A stretch of 38,144 nucleotides of DNA from Verrucomicrobiales bacterium (GTDB lineage Bacteria; Verrucomicrobiota; Verrucomicrobiia; Verrucomicrobiales; SLCJ01). Under the pieces are notes generated by a model that did no database searches, was not told the DNA's origin, and was given only the letters and a program-made list of their open reading frames with translations. Location of the stretch: assembly GCA_046075565.1 (NCBI GenBank), contig JBJTQJ010000074.1, positions 1 through 38,144 on the forward strand, given 5' to 3'. Both the position numbers and the translations under genes were made by a program. Shown here in pieces: positions 37,294-38,144 of the stretch; position 1 is the first letter of the stretch; each line of letters begins with the position of its first letter.

Positions 37294-38109
37294 ATGAAAC
37301 CATGGCTCATTGCAGGGATTATCGCCGCGCTCGCCGGCGGTTTTGCCGCCGGATGGTTCGCCCGTGGAATTGGCACGGCTGAAAAGAATCCGCCTCCTGA
37401 AAAACCCGCGGTATCCTCTGCCACCACTGATTCCACCCTGTCCATGGTGGACTCCATCATGCGCTCCGGAGGAAACGAGATCGATATGCCGTTTCCGAAA
37501 GTGATCGAGGTTGGAACCGGCCACCGCCTGCTTCCGATGATGGCAAACGATCCCGTCCATGCCGCGTTGGTCGATCTGATCGCCGCCTCGCTCAATGCCA
37601 TCTTGTCGGAGATGAATGCTGAGCATTCGCCCGTATCCGGACTCCGCCGCATCAACGAGGCCTCGGCCTTCTTCGAGGAAGGTCTGCGCCGCCGCATCGA
37701 CGAGCATCCCGACTTTGAATGCGGATTCCCCCATTCAGCGACGGGTAAAGTCCAACGGAGCGGCTATCCTGACCTGCGTATCTTTCACCCCGTTAGCGGC
37801 AAGGTTTTTTATCTCGACCCCAAACTTTACGAACGGGCCAGCCGGGAAAGCACGCTGCGAACGTTTTACTTTACCAGTGATCCAGGCACCTCGAAGGTCG
37901 GTGAAGATGCCGCCCATTTGCTCGTGGGTATCTACCATGATGGCGCGGACGGTCATTGGAAGTTCCTGGGTTGGGACCTCGTCGATTTATCCTACTTGAA
38001 CGTCAAACTGAAGGCGGAGTTCCAGGCCTCGAACCGCGATCTCTACGACGAAAAACTCATCCTCCGATCTTCCTCCACCAAATCTCCCGCACCTTCACAG
38101 GAACCTTGA
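37294..38109 (+). CDS. Membrane-anchored hypothetical protein with a PD-(D/E)xK nuclease-like motif
   Basis: N-terminal hydrophobic helix; NE...E followed by GYPDLRI...YLDPK. Confidence 0.65.
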   Translation: MKPWLIAGIIAALAGGFAAGWFARGIGTAEKNPPPEKPAVSSATTDSTLSMVDSIMRSGGNEIDMPFPKVIEVGTGHRLLPMMANDPVHAALVDLIAASLNAILSEMNAEHSPVSGLRRINEASAFFEEGLRRRIDEHPDFECGFPHSATGKVQRSGYPDLRIFHPVSGKVFYLDPKLYERASRESTLRTFYFTSDPGTSKVGEDAAHLLVGIYHDGADGHWKFLGWDLVDLSYLNVKLKAEFQASNRDLYDEKLILRSSSTKSPAPSQEP

Positions 38110-38144
38110 TCAACTTTCCGATTCCATGGCCAATCCCCCACCCC

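Noticed and set aside
38126..38144. Possible start of a next gene (ATG GCC AAT CCC...)
   Set aside because: Truncated by the window edge; too short to support
1..38144. CRISPR array, tRNA/rRNA, transposase/integrase or prophage genes
   Set aside because: No regularly spaced repeats, RNA gene hallmarks or mobility motifs were seen by eye

Overview
GC-rich (about 60% by eye), gene-dense bacterial chromosomal segment, most likely Verrucomicrobiota (inferred from gene content and mostly Shine-Dalgarno-poor starts). It holds about 31 CDS. No rRNA, tRNA, CRISPR array or IS element was recognised. In order: an acyltransferase and rsuA; potABC; an exported trio (alpha/beta-hydrolase lipoprotein, YdjY-like protein, QW-repeat prenyltransferase-like barrel); an operon-like run of putA-like gene, hypothetical protein, ctaA, ahbAB-like fusion and FAD oxidoreductase; an HNH nuclease; an alpha-galactosidase; folD; a DUF374 acyltransferase; brnT/brnA-like genes and vanZ; the heme cluster ccsA-hemA-hemC-cobA/hemD; a GH2-GH95-Gfo/Idh/MocA glycan cluster; a fused L-serine dehydratase; and a membrane-anchored PD-(D/E)xK-like protein. 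Most notable: (i) two single in-frame TAA stops about 3 kb apart interrupt otherwise intact genes (folD and a hypothetical protein); (ii) a full-length PutA homologue has several active-site motifs substituted; (iii) an AhbAB-like fusion is coupled to heme A synthase and a flavin oxidoreductase; (iv) an exported YdjY/prenyltransferase-like module; (v) a membrane-anchored restriction-endonuclease-like protein. All calls come from motif recognition by eye; no database searches were run.
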